In this document: positions 63,055 through 64,000 of the stretch, in pieces
How positions within the stretch are numbered: position 1 is the first letter of the stretch
Layout of the letters: every line of letters starts with the position of its first letter
Virus record (IMG/VR): IMGVR_UViG_3300009157_000018
Location: 1-64,000 of that record
Strand: one strand, 5' to 3'
DNA: 64,000 nt
From: a virus
Translations under genes and position numbers: made by a program
The notes under the pieces: generated by a model
What the model saw: the letters and a program-made list of their open reading frames with translations, nothing else
Database searches by the model: none
What the model was told of the DNA's origin: nothing

Positions 63055-63363
63055 TCACATAGCTTCGTCGGCTAATTTCTTAGCGTAATAGTAGTCTTCG
63101 TACCAGTCAGAAAGGTATTTATCCTTTGCTTTTCGATACTCTTTCCACTCTTCTTGGGTGAACTTCCTCTTCTTGTTCTTTGGAACTCCACCAGACAAAC
63201 CATCTCGGTCGCGTTTTCTCTTAGGAGGTTCCCCAATGCGATATCGCAACTCATCGTATTTCGAGTTGACCGGATACCGATCTTCTAGTTCGCCCCAATA
63301 TTCAGGATTTTCATCTGCGGCAGCTTCGAAAAAGTCGTCAGCCGTCTGTCTTTTCTCAGGCAA
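63055..63363 (-). CDS. hypothetical protein
   Basis: 102-aa charged ORF. Confidence 0.6.
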   Translation of the reverse strand: MPEKRQTADDFFEAAADENPEYWGELEDRYPVNSKYDELRYRIGEPPKRKRDRDGLSGGVPKNKKRKFTQEEWKEYRKAKDKYLSDWYEDYYYAKKLADEAM

Positions 63364-63391
63364 GGAGATACCCTACATGATTACTCTTCAC

Positions 63392-63811
63392 TTATCTCAA
63401 CGACTTTCCATCGACATTTTTTGCGTTTTCCCGGATTATTTTGTCCCTTCGACGTTTAATTGTCGATCCGTGGCCCATTCCACGCCAATAAGCGACTTGT
63501 TCTAGCGACGATCCCTTGACCCAATCCAAGGCTTCTCGACTCGTGTTCCCGTTCTGTTTCAATAGCCATTTATCAAGGTCGATAATGTCTGCGTGGGCCG
63601 ATCCTCCGATCGCCAAAGTCCCATGATTATTGTCTTCATAACATCTCCCAGGAACCAATAATCGACTCCTAAAATAGGCATAAGCACTGATAATGTACCT
63701 TGTATAGTCCGACGGATTCACTTCAATCTGGCCGGTCATTTGAGCCACATAGTTGTCGTATTCCCGACGGTCATCGATAGGAATACGGTGATCCGGTTTT
63801 CTACCAGCCAA
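63392..63811 (-). CDS. hypothetical protein with C-terminal HTH-like segment
   Basis: SLEQVAYWRGMGHGSTIKRR; SD GAGGAG. Confidence 0.6.
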   Translation of the reverse strand: MAGRKPDHRIPIDDRREYDNYVAQMTGQIEVNPSDYTRYIISAYAYFRSRLLVPGRCYEDNNHGTLAIGGSAHADIIDLDKWLLKQNGNTSREALDWVKGSSLEQVAYWRGMGHGSTIKRRRDKIIRENAKNVDGKSLR

Positions 63812-64000
63812 CGTCGTACTCCTCTATCCACATATCAGGCTCTTCTTGGGCGACTGTTGCCTCAGCCTGGCTCAGCAACATGGCTCCAAAAGTTTCGAAT
63901 GAAGACAGATCGTGGTTGTAATGCGGATTCCCGTCGTGGCTGTAATCCGTTTCATAGATGCGATATTTCCCCGTCTTGTCTTCGTGATCGATAGTCGAAC

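Overview
This is a 64-kb fragment of a large tailed dsDNA bacteriophage with a long non-contractile (siphovirus-type) tail. It uses the standard genetic code, and the host is probably a monoderm such as Chloroflexota or Actinomycetota (inference). 1-6.7 kb (+): a MoxR/CobS-type AAA ATPase with a VWA partner, a GGQ release-factor-domain protein and a tyrosine recombinase. 6.8-20.7 kb (-): a DNA-metabolism operon (SbcCD, metallophosphoesterase, resolvase, DnaB) that contains an amino-sugar pathway (4,6-dehydratase, DegT aminotransferase, GNAT, two GT2) and a free-standing LAGLIDADG gene. 21.8-62.7 kb (-): the morphogenesis operon, running from portal, protease/scaffold and capsid through neck, tail tube, frameshifted tail chaperone, tape measure, Dit and tail tip to fibre. 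A ~12.6-kb island (34.8-47.4 kb) splits this operon between the tail tube and chaperone genes. The island holds 32 CCA-encoding tRNAs covering all 20 amino acids, lysis genes and small ORFs. The best candidate for an undescribed system lies in the tRNA spacers: about 17 distinct, strongly base-paired putative ncRNAs, including an 85-nt mini-tmRNA made only of the alanine tRNA-like domain with no tag reading frame. All RNA folds were derived by eye, and no database search or covariation test was possible.
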